Assembly (NCBI GenBank): GCA_963845755.1
Contig: CAWJTV010000042.1
Span: forward strand, 288,001 to 352,000
Reading direction: 5' to 3'
Origin: an uncultured Planctomycetota bacterium
Lineage (GTDB): Bacteria > Planctomycetota > Planctomycetia > Isosphaerales > Isosphaeraceae
Length of the DNA stretch: 64,000 nucleotides
The notes below the pieces were generated by a model. It had not been told where the DNA came from. It ran no database searches and saw nothing but the letters and a program-made list of their open reading frames with translations. Position 1 is the first letter of the stretch; the number at the start of each line of letters is the position of its first letter. Position numbers and translations under genes: made by a program. This document shows, in pieces, positions 54,512 through 64,000 of the stretch.

Positions 54512-55195
54512 ATGATGGCCAAGCGACTGATCGACCTGTCGCATCCGATCGAGGCCGCCACGCCCCCGTGGCCGGGGAACCCCTCGACCGATGTGGACAT
54601 TCTCTCCAAGATACCTGCCAAACGTGGACCCGGTCAGCGCGGAGTTCCAGGAGAGCCGGGTTATTGCAACATCTCGGCGTTCTCCACCTGCAATCACACC
54701 GGTACGCACATGGACGCTCCGGCCCACTTTTACAACGGCGCACCGACCATCGACCAGGTGCCACTAGACCATTGCATTGGTCCCGCCGCGCTGGTCAACG
54801 TGAGCCATCTCGGGGTGCGCGGTGAGATCGCGCCGGCCGACTTGATACCCCACCAAGACGCGATCGCGGCGGCCGGCAAGGTCGTCTTCCGCTCCGGGTG
54901 GTCGATCCATTGGGGCCAGGACGATTACTTCTCGGACTACCCGCTGTTGAGTGAGGCGACGGCCGCCTGGCTGGTTGAACGACGAGTTCACCTGGTCGGC
55001 GTCGATACTCCGTCGGTCGATTATGAGCCGCACCCCGCGCACTACCTGTTGCTCGGAGCTCACATGGTGATCGTCGAGAACTTGACCAGCCTGGAGTTGA
55101 TCGAGACCGGCGTCTTCGAGCTGATCGTCGTCCCCCTGAAACTTCGGGGGCTGGAGGCCTCGGTAGTGCGCGCGGTGGCGCGGGTGGACGCCTGA
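54512..55195 (+). CDS. Cyclase family (kynurenine formamidase-like) metal hydrolase
   Basis: IDLSHPI, HTGTHMDAPAH, GVDTPSVD, IVENL. Confidence 0.9.
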   Translation: MMAKRLIDLSHPIEAATPPWPGNPSTDVDILSKIPAKRGPGQRGVPGEPGYCNISAFSTCNHTGTHMDAPAHFYNGAPTIDQVPLDHCIGPAALVNVSHLGVRGEIAPADLIPHQDAIAAAGKVVFRSGWSIHWGQDDYFSDYPLLSEATAAWLVERRVHLVGVDTPSVDYEPHPAHYLLLGAHMVIVENLTSLELIETGVFELIVVPLKLRGLEASVVRAVARVDA

Positions 55196-55214
55196 GTTCG
55201 GCGAAACGGCTCCG

Positions 55215-56333
55215 TCATCGTCCGCGCGTGTTCTGGACGTCGAACAGCACGGCGGCAACCAGCGCAGTACCGCGCACGATCAGCTTCCACTCGGGTGTGA
55301 TCGCCAGCAGGGTCATGCCGTTGAGGAGCGTGGCCATGACGGCCGCGCCAAACATCGTGCCCAGCACGGAGCCACGTCCTCCCTTGAGGCTCGTGCCGCC
55401 GATCACGCAAGCGGCGATGGCATCGAGCTCCATCAACTCTCCGACGCTCACGGTCGCGGCCCCGGCGTACGAGGTCTGAAGGAACCCGGTCAGGGCCACG
55501 ACCAGTCCCATCAGGGCGTACGTTACAGTGACCGTCCGTTCCACCGGGATGCCCGCCATCCGCGCGGCCTCTTCGTTGCCACCGATCGCGAACAAGGACC
55601 GGCCAAAGGGGGTCTGCGTCGCGAGCAACTGGGTCGCCAACGCGACGACACAAAGAATCAGGAACACCACCGGTACGCCCCGATAACGATTGCAGACCAG
55701 GACCGCCAGGAGCACGGCCTGAGCGGCCACGAACACCTTGAGGAACGCGAGTTCGGTCGTTTCGACCTCGAGCCCGGCCGCGCGCCGGCGGCTCCGGCGT
55801 TTGTACATCCAGCCCGCGGTCAACAAGGCGAAAGCCGCCGCTAACGCCAGTCCCCACCACCCTGGCAGATACGAGGAGGCCAGCGCGGCGTACAGGTTCG
55901 GCTCACCGCCGCGCGTCACCGGCACCGTGCTGCTGCGGATCGTCAGCCAGAACCAACCGCGGAAGACAAGCAATCCGCCGAGCGTCACGATGAAGGCCGG
56001 GATCCCCGTGCGCACGATTAACAGCCCCATCGCCGTCCAGACCAGCATCGCCACCAATGAGGAGATCCCCAACGCCGCCGGCGCGGGCCAACCGGCGCGG
56101 AAGACCAGCACGGCGGCCACGCCGCCGATCAACCCCGCGCCCGAACCCGCCGAGAGATCGATCTGCCCGGGCAGGATCACCAGCAGCATCCCCAACGCCA
56201 GGACCGCCGTGACCGCCAGTTCGATCAGGAGCATCGATACGTTGCGCGGGGTCAGGAATTCCGGCGAGGCCGCCGCGAACCCGGTCGTCAGCGCGGCCAG
56301 TACCAGTGGCATTGTCAGTTCGCGAAGTCGCAA
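55215..56333 (-). CDS. Sugar ABC transporter permease (XylH-like)
   Basis: IDLSAGS, IPAFIVTLGG, AIGGNEEAARMAGI, ELDAIAACVIGGTSL. Confidence 0.9.
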   Translation of the reverse strand: MRLRELTMPLVLAALTTGFAAASPEFLTPRNVSMLLIELAVTAVLALGMLLVILPGQIDLSAGSGAGLIGGVAAVLVFRAGWPAPAALGISSLVAMLVWTAMGLLIVRTGIPAFIVTLGGLLVFRGWFWLTIRSSTVPVTRGGEPNLYAALASSYLPGWWGLALAAAFALLTAGWMYKRRSRRRAAGLEVETTELAFLKVFVAAQAVLLAVLVCNRYRGVPVVFLILCVVALATQLLATQTPFGRSLFAIGGNEEAARMAGIPVERTVTVTYALMGLVVALTGFLQTSYAGAATVSVGELMELDAIAACVIGGTSLKGGRGSVLGTMFGAAVMATLLNGMTLLAITPEWKLIVRGTALVAAVLFDVQNTRGR

Positions 56334-56349
56334 TGCCGTCCGTGCTCCT

Positions 56350-59300
56350 CGCTAAAATCCCCGGTTCCCGATACCGGATGATTTCCAGCTCATCTGGAAT
56401 TAGGGATGAAAAGCAATTGCCAAGAACGGATAATCAAATGGCCGCACGCACGAATGGGCGGGGTCATGCCGTTATCACCACCTTCCCGGCTTCTCCGGGC
56501 CTGAGAGTGACCGTCAGCTTTTCCATCTTCGCGAGAACAACCTCAATGGCAAGAGCCGACGTTGACACGAACCTGCTCCTCGGCATCCTGGCGCGTACAG
56601 GTCGGCCTGATCGAACAAGCTGACCTGCTCGATGCCTTTCAGCGTTGGTCCAGGAACAAGACTCGCCCACTGGCCCAGGTCCTCGTCGAGCGGGGTGCGC
56701 TCACGGTGGAGGACCGCATCATGCTGGATGGCCTGGTGGTGCGTCATCTCGAGAAGCACAGCGGCGACATCGAGCGCAGTCTGGCCGCGGTCGCCGCGCC
56801 GCCGGCACTCGTGACTGGTCTGAGGCGCTGGGGGATCCCGAGATCCAGGCCACGTTGGCCCAGATCCCGTCGCTCATCAACGGCCGTTCTCCCATCCACG
56901 ACGCGGTCGACACCGCGACCGCGTTTGATCTCCTCGCTGACTCGACGACGGACTGGTCCTCGGGGTTGGGGCAATCGACTTCCGACGGTGGTCGATTCCA
57001 CCCTCTCAGGCCGCACGCCAGGGGCGGCATCGGCCTGGTAAGCGTGGCGCTGGACAGCGAGCTCCATCGCGAGGTTGCGCTCAAGGAGATCCTCGCAGAG
57101 CAGGCCGACAACCCCACGAGCCGCACGCGCTTCCTGCTGGAGGCCGAGGTCACGGGGCGACTGGAGCATCCGGGCGTGGTCCCGGTATATGGCCTGGGTA
57201 CCAACGGTCAGGGCCGCCCGTTCTATGCCATGCGGTTCATCCGCGGTGAGAGCCTCAAGGAAGCCATCGCAGTTTTCCACGAGTCCAAGGCCCCGCGCGG
57301 CGAGCAGGCCCTGGCGCTGCGCCAACTTCTCTCACGGTTCGTCGGCGTCTGCAACACGATGGCATACGCCCACAGCCGGGGGGTCCTCCATCGCGATCTC
57401 AAACCGTCGAACATCATGCTGGGCCCCTACGGCGAAACCCTGGTCGTCGATTGGGGCCTGGCCAAGCTTGTGGGCCGCGACGATCCCTACCGCGAGCCGT
57501 CGGCAGAAACGACGCTCCGGCCGGGGAGTAGCTCGGGCTCCAGTGAGACCGAGGCGGGCACGATCATCGGTACGCCGGCCTACATGAGCCCGGAGCAGGC
57601 CGAGGGCCGCCTGGAGTCGCTCGGACCGCTCAGCGATGTCTACAGCCTCGGTGCCACTCTCTACTGCCTCTTGACCGGCCGGCCACCCTTCGAAGAACCC
57701 GAGATCTTCGCGATGCTCCGGCAGGTGCAGAGGGGCGACTTCCGACCGCCTCGGCAGGTTGAGCACCAGGTGCCGCGGGCCCTGGAGTCCGTTGTACTCA
57801 AGGCCATGGCGCTTGACTCGAAGGACCGGTACGACTCGGCCAGGGAACTGGCCCGGGAGGTCGAGAGATGGTTGGCGGACGAGCCGGTTTCGCGCCTATC
57901 CCGAGCCGCCGGCCGACCGCGTGGTCCGCTGGGCCAGGAATCACAAGCCGGTGGTGGCCGCCTTGGCGGTCCTGATTTTTTCGGCGATGGCTGCCCTGGC
58001 GGTCAACGACACCATGATCCGGAAGGAGAAGAATCGTACCGAAATGCAGCGCCGCCTGGCCGTGGATAACTTCCAGAAGGCCGATCAGCAGCGCCGGCTT
58101 GCCCAGCGTTTGTCAGGGACCCTCACGATCGACAGGGGACTGTCCCTCTGCGAGCGCGGCGAGGTCAACCGCGGGCTGCTTTGGTTGGCACATGCCATGG
58201 AAGTGGCGTCTTCCGGCGATTCCGACATCCAGGACGCGGCCCGGGCGAGCCTCGCCGCCTGGAGTCGACAGCTCACATCCCTCAAGGCCGTTCTCCGCCA
58301 CCCCAAAGAGATGGTCGTCGGCGCGACGTTCCGACCGGGAGCCAGCTCCATCCTGACGATCAGCAAGGAGTCCGGAAAGCCGATCTTCGACCTGATGCTG
58401 TGGGACCTTAACTCGGGAAAGCCCCTGGGCCCTCCCCGGCAGTTCGGCGATCCCCTTGGCTGGATTCGCGATGGGAATGGGAGTCCCCGGCTGGTACATG
58501 TATCTCTATCGCGACCCGCTCCGGGATTGGATCAGCCCCGACGGTACGACGATCCTCGTCGGGGACAGCGAGACGACGGTCCGACTGCGAGACATCACGA
58601 CGGGCCAACCCGTCGGAGAGCCGATCCCGTACGGGGAGCGGCTCCTCTGCGCGGCATACAGCCCGGACGGCACGCGGACTATCATCGGCGGCCAGGATCG
58701 GACGGCGCGTGTCTTCGATGTGGCCTCGGGAGCACCGGCCGGCGCCCCGCTGCCTCATCAAGGCTGGGTCACCGACGTGGCTTACAGCCCTGATGGCCAG
58801 ACCATCCTGACCGGCAGCCGAGACGGAACGGCCCAACTCTGGGAGGCCGCCACAGGCCGACCGATCCTCCCGCCGTTGAGGCACCAGAAGGATGTCATGC
58901 GCGTGGCATACAATCCCGACGGGAAAACGGTCCTGACCGGCAGCTTCGACAACACGGCGCGGATCTGGGACGCCACGACAGGCAAGCCCATCGGCCGCCC
59001 TCTGGCGCACCGCGACGTCATCCTCTCGCTCGCGTTCAGCCCCGACGGTCGGACGGTGCTAACTGGCAGCCGGGACGGAACGGCCCGGCTCTGGAACGCC
59101 GCCACCGGCGACCCGATCGGCGGCCTGTTGCAGCATCAGAGCTTCGTCGTCTTCGTCTCGTTCAGCCCGGATGGTCGAGTGGCCCTGACTTGCGGCGACG
59201 ACAACGGCGCCCGGCTCTGGGACGCTTCGACCGGCCTTGAGTTGGGCAGCCCTTTGGAACACCTCGGAACGGTCTACGACGCGACCTTCCGTCCGGATGG

Positions 59301-60518
59301 AGCCTTGCTCGTCACCGCCGCGTCCGACTTCGAGGCCCAGGTCTGGGATACCGCCACGAGCCTCTCCTCCGGCACATCCTTCCTGGAAGCAAGCCCGGTG
59401 AACAAGGTGGCCTTCAGCCCGGACGGCCGGACGATCGTCGTCGGTTGTACCGACGGAACGGCCCGGCTTCGCGATGTCGTGACGGGCCGCTCGATCGGGG
59501 AGCCGATGCGGCATGGTAGCTCGGTGGACACGGTCGCTATTAGCCCCGGGGGTCACACAGTATTGTCCGGTAGTTTGGACAAATCGGTGCGGCTCTGGGA
59601 TGTCCTCACCGGCAAACCCGTCGGCGGACCGATGCGACACTCTGCACCCGTCAGGTCCGCCGCGTTCAGCCCGGACGGCCGGACCATTATCACCGGCGAT
59701 TACGATGGCAGGGTGCGATTCTGGGACACCGCCACGGGTCAGCCCATCGGCCCGACACTCTCTCACACCAAGGGCGATCGCATCGAGACCGTCGCCTACA
59801 GCCCGGATGGCCGGATCGTCATCACGGGGAGCGACGATACCACCGGACGGCTCTGGGACGCCGCCACCGGCCAACCCATCGGCGAACCGCTCAAACATCA
59901 GGGTTCATTCCGAAGCGCCAGCTTCCGGCACGACGGCAAGATCGTCGCGACCGGAGGGTGGGACAAAGCGGTCCGTTTCTGGGACACGGCCACTGGCAAG
60001 CCGGCCGCTCCACCGCTGATGCTCCAGAGTCTCATCTCGGCCGTTGCGTTCAGTCCTGACGACAAATCCCTGCTCGTAGGCTGCTCGGACCAGACGGCAC
60101 GGATCTGGGACCCGGCCACCGGCAAGCCCATCAGCCCCGCCTTCAAACACAGGGGCCGGGTCCCTTCCGTCGCCTTTCGCTTTGACGGACTGCGCCGCAC
60201 TGACGGGCTCCGACGATGGGACAGCACGAATCTGGACCATCACCACCCCCGTGAAAGGGACCGTCGAACGGCTCAAGTGCTGGGCCGAGGTGCTGACGCG
60301 GATGGAGCTCTCGTCGGACGGCGTCGTCCGGGTCCTGAGCGCCCAGGAGTGGGAAGCCCGCAACCAGCGGCTCAGGGAATTGGGCGGACCACCCGCGGCC
60401 TGAGCGGCCGTGAGATGATCGAGTCAAGCTCCAGTTATTGAATAAAAAATTATAATAATATTTTCAGTATCTGAAATCTTCCACCCGATTCATTCACGAA
60501 CCTTGCGAATCCGCGCTA
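56350..60518. other. Apparent insertion carrying a kinase-WD40 gene between xylG- and xylH-like genes
   Basis: Opposite-strand gene splits the operon; CGCTA direct repeats at 56350-56354 and 60514-60518. Confidence 0.6.
56546..60403 (+). CDS. Ser/Thr protein kinase-WD40 repeat protein (several frameshifts)
   Basis: DTNLLLGILA N-terminus; ARGGIGLV, VALKE, HRDLKPSN, DWGLAK, GTPAYMSPEQ; TM; more than 12 FSPDG..TGS.D.TARLWD repeats. Confidence 0.9.
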
Positions 60519-62059
60519 GCCGTGCCCGAGGGCCGCGGCCAGCACGACCTCCGGGTCGAATCGCTCGCGGGGCAGCTCGGCCGCGATCCGCCCCGCGCGG
60601 AGCACGATCAAGCGGTCACTCAGGCCAAGGAGCTCGGGCAGCTCGCTGGTTGCCAGCAGCACCCCCCTGCCCTGCTCCGTGAGGCGGTTGATCAGGTCGT
60701 AGATCTCAAGCTTGGTCGAGACGTTGACGCCCCGGGTCGGCTCATCCATGAGGATGACGCGCGGCTCGGTCAACAAGGCCCGACCGAGGAGCACTTTCTG
60801 CTGGTTGCCGCCGGAGAGGCCGCGGATCGGCAGCTCCGGTCCCGCGGCCCGGACGCGCAGGGATTCCGAAGTCTCGCGGAAGAGCCGTACTTCCTCGGCC
60901 GCGTCGAGCAGTCCGTGTCGAGTCAACCGCTTCAAGGCCGACAAGGTCAGGTTGAAGGCGACCGGCTGGTCTGGGATGAGGCCGAACCGGCGGCGGTCCT
61001 CGCTCACCAGGGCTAGCCCGCGGAGGAGTGATGTCGGCGGCGTAGGGTTATCGTAAGTCTCGCCCAGGAGGCGGACCGAGCCGGCGGTCCGGACGCCCCA
61101 CGCGCCATAACAATGCATGAGTAGCTCAGATCGCCCCGCGCCCATCAGCCCGGCGAGTCCGACCACCTCCCCCGCGCGGACATGGAAGTCGATTCCGGCC
61201 AGCCGTGATGGTTGGCCGCGCCCCGGGGCGACGTCGAGTCCCGAGACTTCCAGGAGCACCGGACCGGTCAGTTCGCGCGGCGGCGAAACGCCGGGGAGCG
61301 GCCTCGGCCGCGGGCCGGCCGGCCATCGCGCCGATCAACTCGCTCGCCGCGACGCCGCCGGTCGAGAACCATGCGACGCTCCGTCCGTCGCGAAGCACAG
61401 TCACCCGATCGGCGACGGCCCGCACCTCCTCCAGTCGGTGCGTGATGTAGACGCAGGCGACCCCATCGCGGGCGAGCCGTCGCACCAGGTCGAGCAGGCG
61501 CCTCGCCTCGGTTTCTCCCAGGGCCGCGGTCGGCTCGTCGAGGATCAGCACCCGCGAGCTCTTGCGAACCGCCTTGAGGATCTCGACCTGCTGCTTCCGC
61601 CCGACGCCGAGCATCCCGGCCGGTTGCTCCGGGTCGAGGTCCACACCAAACCGTCGTAGAAGCGCGACGGACTCGCGTAACACGCGCGGCCAGTTCAACC
61701 CGCACCCCGCGCCGCGGCAGGTCCCCCAGAAACAGGTTCTCGGCAATCGAGAGGCCCTCGATGAGCGCGAGTTCTTGATGGATCACGGCGATGCCTGCGT
61801 GCGCGGAATTGCGCGGGGAGTGGAACCGCGCCACTCGGCCATCCACCCGGATCGTCCCGCGGTAGCTGCCGAACGGGTGAACCCCGGAGAGTATCTTGAT
61901 CAGCGTGGACTTGCCCGCCCCGTTCTCGCCGCACAGGGCATGGACCTCGCCGTCGCGGATGTCGAAGTCGACGTTGTTGAGCGCGATGACTCCGCCGAAC
62001 TGCTTGCCGATCCCGCGCGCCTCGAGCCGGGATGAATCGGCTGCAGGCCGATCGCTCAT
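60516..62059 (-). CDS. Sugar ABC transporter ATP-binding protein (XylG-like; frameshifts near 61700 and 61280)
   Basis: GENGAGKST, ILDEPTAAL, GLMGAGRSE, LSGGNQQK, MDEPTRG. Confidence 0.9.
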
Positions 62060-63099
62060 CGTAGATCCTCCGCACGGTGAAAGCCGTCGCGGACGACGGT
62101 GGCCTCGAGGTTGTCGCGGTTGACGACGACCACCGACTCGAGGATGCTGGGCACCTCCTTTACTCCGTTGGGCACTCCGTCACGGGCAATCACGGGCCGG
62201 TGACGGGCCAGCGCGACAGACACCTCCGCCGCGCGTTCGGCGAGCCGGACCAGGGGCTTGTACACGGACATCGTCTGCGACCCGCGCACGATCCGCTGGC
62301 AGGCGGCGAGGTCGGCGTCCTGACCGGTCACCAGGACCTTGCCCGCAAGCCCCTCTTCCAGAAGTGCCTGGATCGCCCCTCCCGCCGTACCGTCATTCGT
62401 AGCCAGTACCGCGTCGAAGGTGGCGCCTCGCGACGTGATTGCCGCATTGACGATCCGCTTGGCCTCGGCCGGCTTCCAGCCGGCGGCGTAGTCCTCGTGG
62501 ACGACGATGATCTCCCGGCGGGCGATGAATGGTCCGAGCACTTCGTCCTGACCCTGCTTGAACAGCAGGCCCGTCTGGTCGGTCTTCGGACCGTAAACGC
62601 GAACGATTTTCCCCTTCCCGTCGAGCCGCCGGACCAGGTATTCCGCCTGGAGCCGGCCGACGCGCACGTTGTCGAAACTGAGATAAAGATCCACGTCGCA
62701 GCCGGTGATCAGCCGGTCGTAACAGACGACGGGCACTCCTGCCGCGTGAGCGGCGTTGACGGCCCGGCCCATCGCGGTCGGGTCGTGAGCCACCACGACC
62801 AGCACCTGGATCCCGCGGCTCAACAGCGACTCGATGTCCTGCATCTGCCGGGCCGTCTCGCTGTTGCCCGACTGCACGAACACCTCGGCCCCCAGCTCTT
62901 TAGACCGGGCAATGAACCGATCTCGATCGCGCTGCCAGCGCTCTTCCTGGAGGGTCCCCAGCGACAATCCGATACGCGGAATGCTGCCTTCCCGCCTGAG
63001 CCGAGCACCATCTCTTCCCCGTTCGGCGATCGTGATGCCGATCAGTACGCTGAGCAGCAGGGAGACCACGACCAGGCCGGTACGGAGTGACATGGACAT
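62056..63099 (-). CDS. Sugar ABC transporter substrate-binding protein (XylF-like)
   Basis: QEERWQRDR, YDRLI, SFDNVRVG, NDGTAGG, VTGQDAD, QTMSVYKP. Confidence 0.9.
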   Translation of the reverse strand: MSMSLRTGLVVVSLLLSVLIGITIAERGRDGARLRREGSIPRIGLSLGTLQEERWQRDRDRFIARSKELGAEVFVQSGNSETARQMQDIESLLSRGIQVLVVVAHDPTAMGRAVNAAHAAGVPVVCYDRLITGCDVDLYLSFDNVRVGRLQAEYLVRRLDGKGKIVRVYGPKTDQTGLLFKQGQDEVLGPFIARREIIVVHEDYAAGWKPAEAKRIVNAAITSRGATFDAVLATNDGTAGGAIQALLEEGLAGKVLVTGQDADLAACQRIVRGSQTMSVYKPLVRLAERAAEVSVALARHRPVIARDGVPNGVKEVPSILESVVVVNRDNLEATVVRDGFHRAEDLR

Positions 63100-63105
63100 T
63101 CCATT

Positions 63106-63512
63106 TCAAACGGCCCGGTTCTCGACCGACAGTCCTGGGCCGGCGGGCAGGTCGGTGTGGTCGGTGATAACTGTGCAGTTCCCGAGCGCCGGTTCAATGG
63201 CCGCCACCATGGTATTGATCTGCTGCATGGGGCGCCCGATTCGCCCAAGGTGGGCCGCGATTCGTCCGTACTCCTCGGAAGCCTGCGATCCCACGGCCGG
63301 CGGCGCACCCGGCTCAGGCCGCGCACAAGCCTTGGTCGGTTGACGTCGCGAGCTGCGCCGAACACCACACCAAAGAACAATTCGGCGAGCCATGGCAGAC
63401 AGGTTCCGATGACGGCACCTGGAATCCCGGCGTCACGGATTCACACATCCATGCCTCTGCGGACGTCGATCAGGTCCTCCATCGCGTTCGCGTCGAGGAG
63501 GTATCGGGTCAA
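63106..63512 (-). pseudogene. Degenerate VapC/PIN-domain toxin
   Basis: RYLLDANA start, in-frame TGA, frameshifts, EEYGRIAAHL..IGRPMQQIN..IEPALGNCTVITD. Confidence 0.7.
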
Positions 63513-63526
63513 TCGCCTAACCGGAC

Positions 63527-64000
63527 TTATTGGAATGTCCCGACCGCCCGGATCAGCGCCGCCGACTGCCTCATCGGTGGCGGTCTCGGAGTCCTTCCCG
63601 CCCTCATTGGTCGCGACGATGAAGGCGAGGTTCCGGGCCGGGGCCAGCCAGACTGTGGCAAACCAGAGGGTATTGCTTCCGCTGTGGTTGAGCGCGCGGC
63701 CACCCGCCCAGGTGCGCTGGACGGCGATCCAGCCGCCCGCGTAATCCAGTCCGGGAGGCGGAGTCTGGACGCGCCTTGAAAGTGGAGAGCTTCAACAGCC
63801 TCGCCTGACCGCGCGCGCCCGCTAGGTGAAGCGCGGCGAACTTGCCCCAATCCGGTATCGAGCAATGCACGGTGACGGCCGGCCCCATCACCGGTGGATT
63901 GTCCTGTTGCACGGGTCGGACCTGTCCGCCCGAAACGCGATGGCCCCAGGGTTGGCTGACGGTCCCTGGCCGGCCTGGGATGCCGAACCCCGCGCTGGTC
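63527..64000 (-). CDS. Serine hydrolase (beta-lactamase family), C-terminal part, frameshifted
   Basis: DNPPVMGPA, DYAGGW, LNHSGSNT, AFIVATN. Confidence 0.75.
   Translation of the reverse strand, partial: DQRGVRHPRPARDRQPTLGPSRFGRTGPTRATGQSTGDGAGRHRALLDTGLGQVRRASPSGRARSGEAVEALHFQGASRLRLPDWITRAAGSPSSAPGRVAARSTTAEAIPSGLPQSGWPRPGTSPSSSRPMRAGRTPRPPPMRQSAALIRAVGTFQ

Overview
High-GC (roughly two-thirds G+C) bacterial chromosomal segment, most likely a planctomycete (Isosphaeraceae-like, by inference). Supporting genes: a DUF1559 prepilin-type protein, an ECF sigma factor with a long C-terminal extension, a kinase-WD40 protein, an LEGRLLL extracellular motif and a YXWGXW-repeat protein. More than 20 single-base frameshifts occur, even in housekeeping genes (purH, rsmE), so most split ORFs are treated as assembly indel errors. 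1-15 kb is core-like: purH, GT4, ExeA-like ATPase, rsmE, GT9, acyl-ACP synthetase. 15-64 kb is an accessory mosaic. (1) A cluster of four proteins, all carrying export signals: triple-RidA, amidohydrolase/deacetylase, Tat-signal SelA/DgaE-like PLP enzyme and RraA-like aldolase. (2) An IS66 remnant. (3) An intact ISAs1 (17-bp IRs, 10-bp TSD) splitting a zincin gene. (4) Tandem-duplicated M28 peptidases and GntR(YtrA)-SPFH modules with conserved promoters/operators. (5) Four beta-lactamase-family proteins, including a subclass B3 MBL. (6) A xylFGH-like ABC operon split at the xylG/xylH junction by a 4.16-kb transposase-free kinase-WD40 cassette flanked by short direct repeats. No rRNA, tRNA or CRISPR array was recognised.
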